Source: Eledone cirrhosa
Taxonomy: Eukaryota
DNA: 64,000 nt
Reading direction: 5' to 3'
NCBI GenBank assembly: GCA_964016885.1
Contig: OZ024740.1
Location: forward strand, 170,128,001-170,192,000
Shown here piece after piece: positions 61,901 to 64,000 of this stretch; within the stretch, counting starts at the first letter, position 1, and each line of letters opens with the position of its first letter. The notes below the pieces were generated by a model. That model did no database searches and was not told where the DNA came from. It worked only from the letters and a program-made list of their open reading frames with translations. The position numbers and the translations under genes are program-made.

Positions 61901-63950
61901 TCCAGTCGATACCTATTGGCCAGTTGGAATTGGCCGATTAAAGTTTTGAGGCTGTTGCACCCCTCTCTACTGGGAAATGCTCCCACATAGCCCCATCGTG
62001 CATCTAGGATACCATTCCAGTCTCCCACTAAAAGTAAGGAGCGAGATGTTCCCAGAAAAGACTCTGGACGCTTAAAGAAGTCTGGCCGTGATTGCGATTG
62101 CCCGATCGGGCCATAAACGGCCACCAGTCTGAAGGCTCCACCTCCAATACTGTTCACGTCTATGACTACCAGTCTACCCTCTGGGTCCAAGTGTACTGCG
62201 GTACTTCGACGTCCATGTTCTTCCGAAACATGACAGCCACTCCCCCTCCACCTCACGGCTGACAGAGAGATGCGTAGATCTCAAAGTCGTCGAAGATAGG
62301 GGTTAGTTGCTGCCTGTTGTGGATCCTGGACTCGGTGATGACTATCACATCCATACCGTGTCACCTAAGGTCGTTTAAAAGTTGGCCCTGTTTCCAGGGC
62401 ATCCCTAGGCCACGCACATTCACTCTTCCAACTCGTAAACTAGCCATGCTGGTGAAGAAAAGTTGGAGAAAAAGAAACGAAAAGGTGCATTTACCTTTTC
62501 GATTCCTGGAGATCGGGTTGTTCAATCTCCATTTGTGTGCTGGATGGTGTGTTGGGTGGGTGGGGAAACATTTTAATAGGACGCGGTTGATGGGTTTCTG
62601 GCAGGGGTTGCTCACGTCCTGTGAAAATTTATTTTTTAGGTCATTATAGGTCTCCATAGAAACCCTTATAAGTTTAAGGTGTGGAGACGATTCTGCTTTG
62701 ACGAAAGTTTTGCCCTCCGTCGCCACCTTGGGGTTTTGGGAGATGACCTCCATCAAACTCTTGTTGTTTGTGTTGATGTATGCATATTGTTGTTTGTGTT
62801 TTTGTTGTGTTGTTTTAGTTTGTTGTTCGTCCAGGAGTTTTCGTTTTATGGTGGGTGCTTGTGTTTGGGTGGTGTTGGTGTTGGTTTTGCTGGTAGGGGG
62901 TGTTTGACTGTGGTGTTGTTTGTTTTGTTGTTTGTGTCTGTGGTTGTGTGTTGGTGTTGGTGATTGGAGTTTTGGGGGGTTTGTGGTGTCTCTTTCTTTG
63001 TTTTTTTAGATTTCCGAAGCTCTCCTTCTTCTTCACATAAAGAAGGAGAAGCAGCCTCAGCTGTCGTTGAATAATCATCGTCAGGAGTGTGGGGTAGGGG
63101 TATATTGTGTGGTGGTGGTGTTTCGGTGTGTGTGATTGTGGTAGTGTTTGATGGAGTAGGATGGGGTGGGGCTGTGTTCTTCAGAGGTGTTGTCTGTGTT
63201 TTTTCTGTTGTTGTTCTGTTTGTTTTGGTGTGTTTGCTCGTTTCGTCTATTGTTGTACTTGTGGTGGTGGTTGTTTTGGTGTTGGTGTTGGTAATAGTCT
63301 TTTTTTAATGATGTTGTGGTGTGTTTGTAAAGGACAGGAAGCCTTTAGGTGTGCTGTGCTACCATAGCGAAAGTAATGAAGTTTTCGACCCTCCACCGTA
63401 ATGTTTATATTGTTGTTGTCGTCGATGACGACTTTTTCGGGTATTTTGAAGATTCTCTCCGGCCTCATTTGAATCAGAATCTCCAAATCAGTACCCGCCC
63501 ACCTTTGTCTAATAGACTTTCGTATCGAAAGAATCATATCAGTTTCTGGCTCTACGAAGCCAGCCAAGATCCATCAGATGTTAATATTTGGTGGTATATT
63601 TTTATTTTTTATTTTTTGTGTCCTTTTTCCCATGTACGTAGGGAAAAAGTTGAATGCTTTTGACACCATTGGTGTCACAGAATGTTTTGGAGGGAGTGCC
63701 TCGCTTTTAAACAGTACGGAAAGACTTCCGTACTGTTTTCCTCTTTGGAGAAAGTCAATATTTGCTAGAATCTCCTTGAAGGTCGCTTCTATATCTGCTT
63801 GACTAACAAATATCGGCTTTCTCGTTGTGTTGGAGACAGTCCTAAAGGTCGCTCTCCTTCGAATTGTCTCTTCAAGGGGTGAGTTAATTCTAAACCCACC
63901 CTTGTCTTCGAAATTTATACATTTTCTCCCTTGCATTGGAGATGTCAAGA
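58915..63950 (-). mobile_element. Near full-length inactivated L1/Tx1-like LINE (ORF1 plus APE-RT ORF2) with a (TCTA)n tail
   Basis: ORF2 starts MASLRVGRVNVRGL at 62447; LLVGDWNG, WTW, LDQSKAFDRVDH, SIRQWCPLS, A*ADD (YADD Tyr is a stop at 60400-60402), KLLGVWFG, GLGIP; ORF1 fragments 63247-63948; many frameshifts. Confidence 0.9.
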
Positions 63951-64000
63951 TTTATAAAATCGTTTTTTGTTCACTGTTTCAGCAAAAGACATTGTTTTTG

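Overview
AT-rich animal non-genic (intergenic or intronic) DNA packed with (TA)n, (CA)n and (GA)n microsatellites. The SINE family suggests a coleoid cephalopod such as Octopus (inference). No host protein-coding exon can be supported. The window is a retroelement landscape: one young, near-intact Penelope-like element (PLE; RT plus GIY-YIG, 2264-6128), a Naiad-like PLE, decayed PLE, RTE, R4/Dong, CRE and L1/Tx1 elements, and tRNA-derived SINEs. The most striking signal is a dense set of short non-coding elements, mostly embedded in (TA)n tracts, often with fold-back inversions, that carry hammerhead ribozyme (HHR) motifs. These include a tandem 420-bp, highly structured HHR repeat resembling a circular-RNA-derived retrozyme (39893-41225), a 547-bp terminally redundant unit with a minimal type III HHR (57411-58155), and recurrent non-canonical HHR cores (U3-A8 compensated UUGAAAA; C[C/A]GUUGAU). 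All RNA structures were read by eye and none has been tested.
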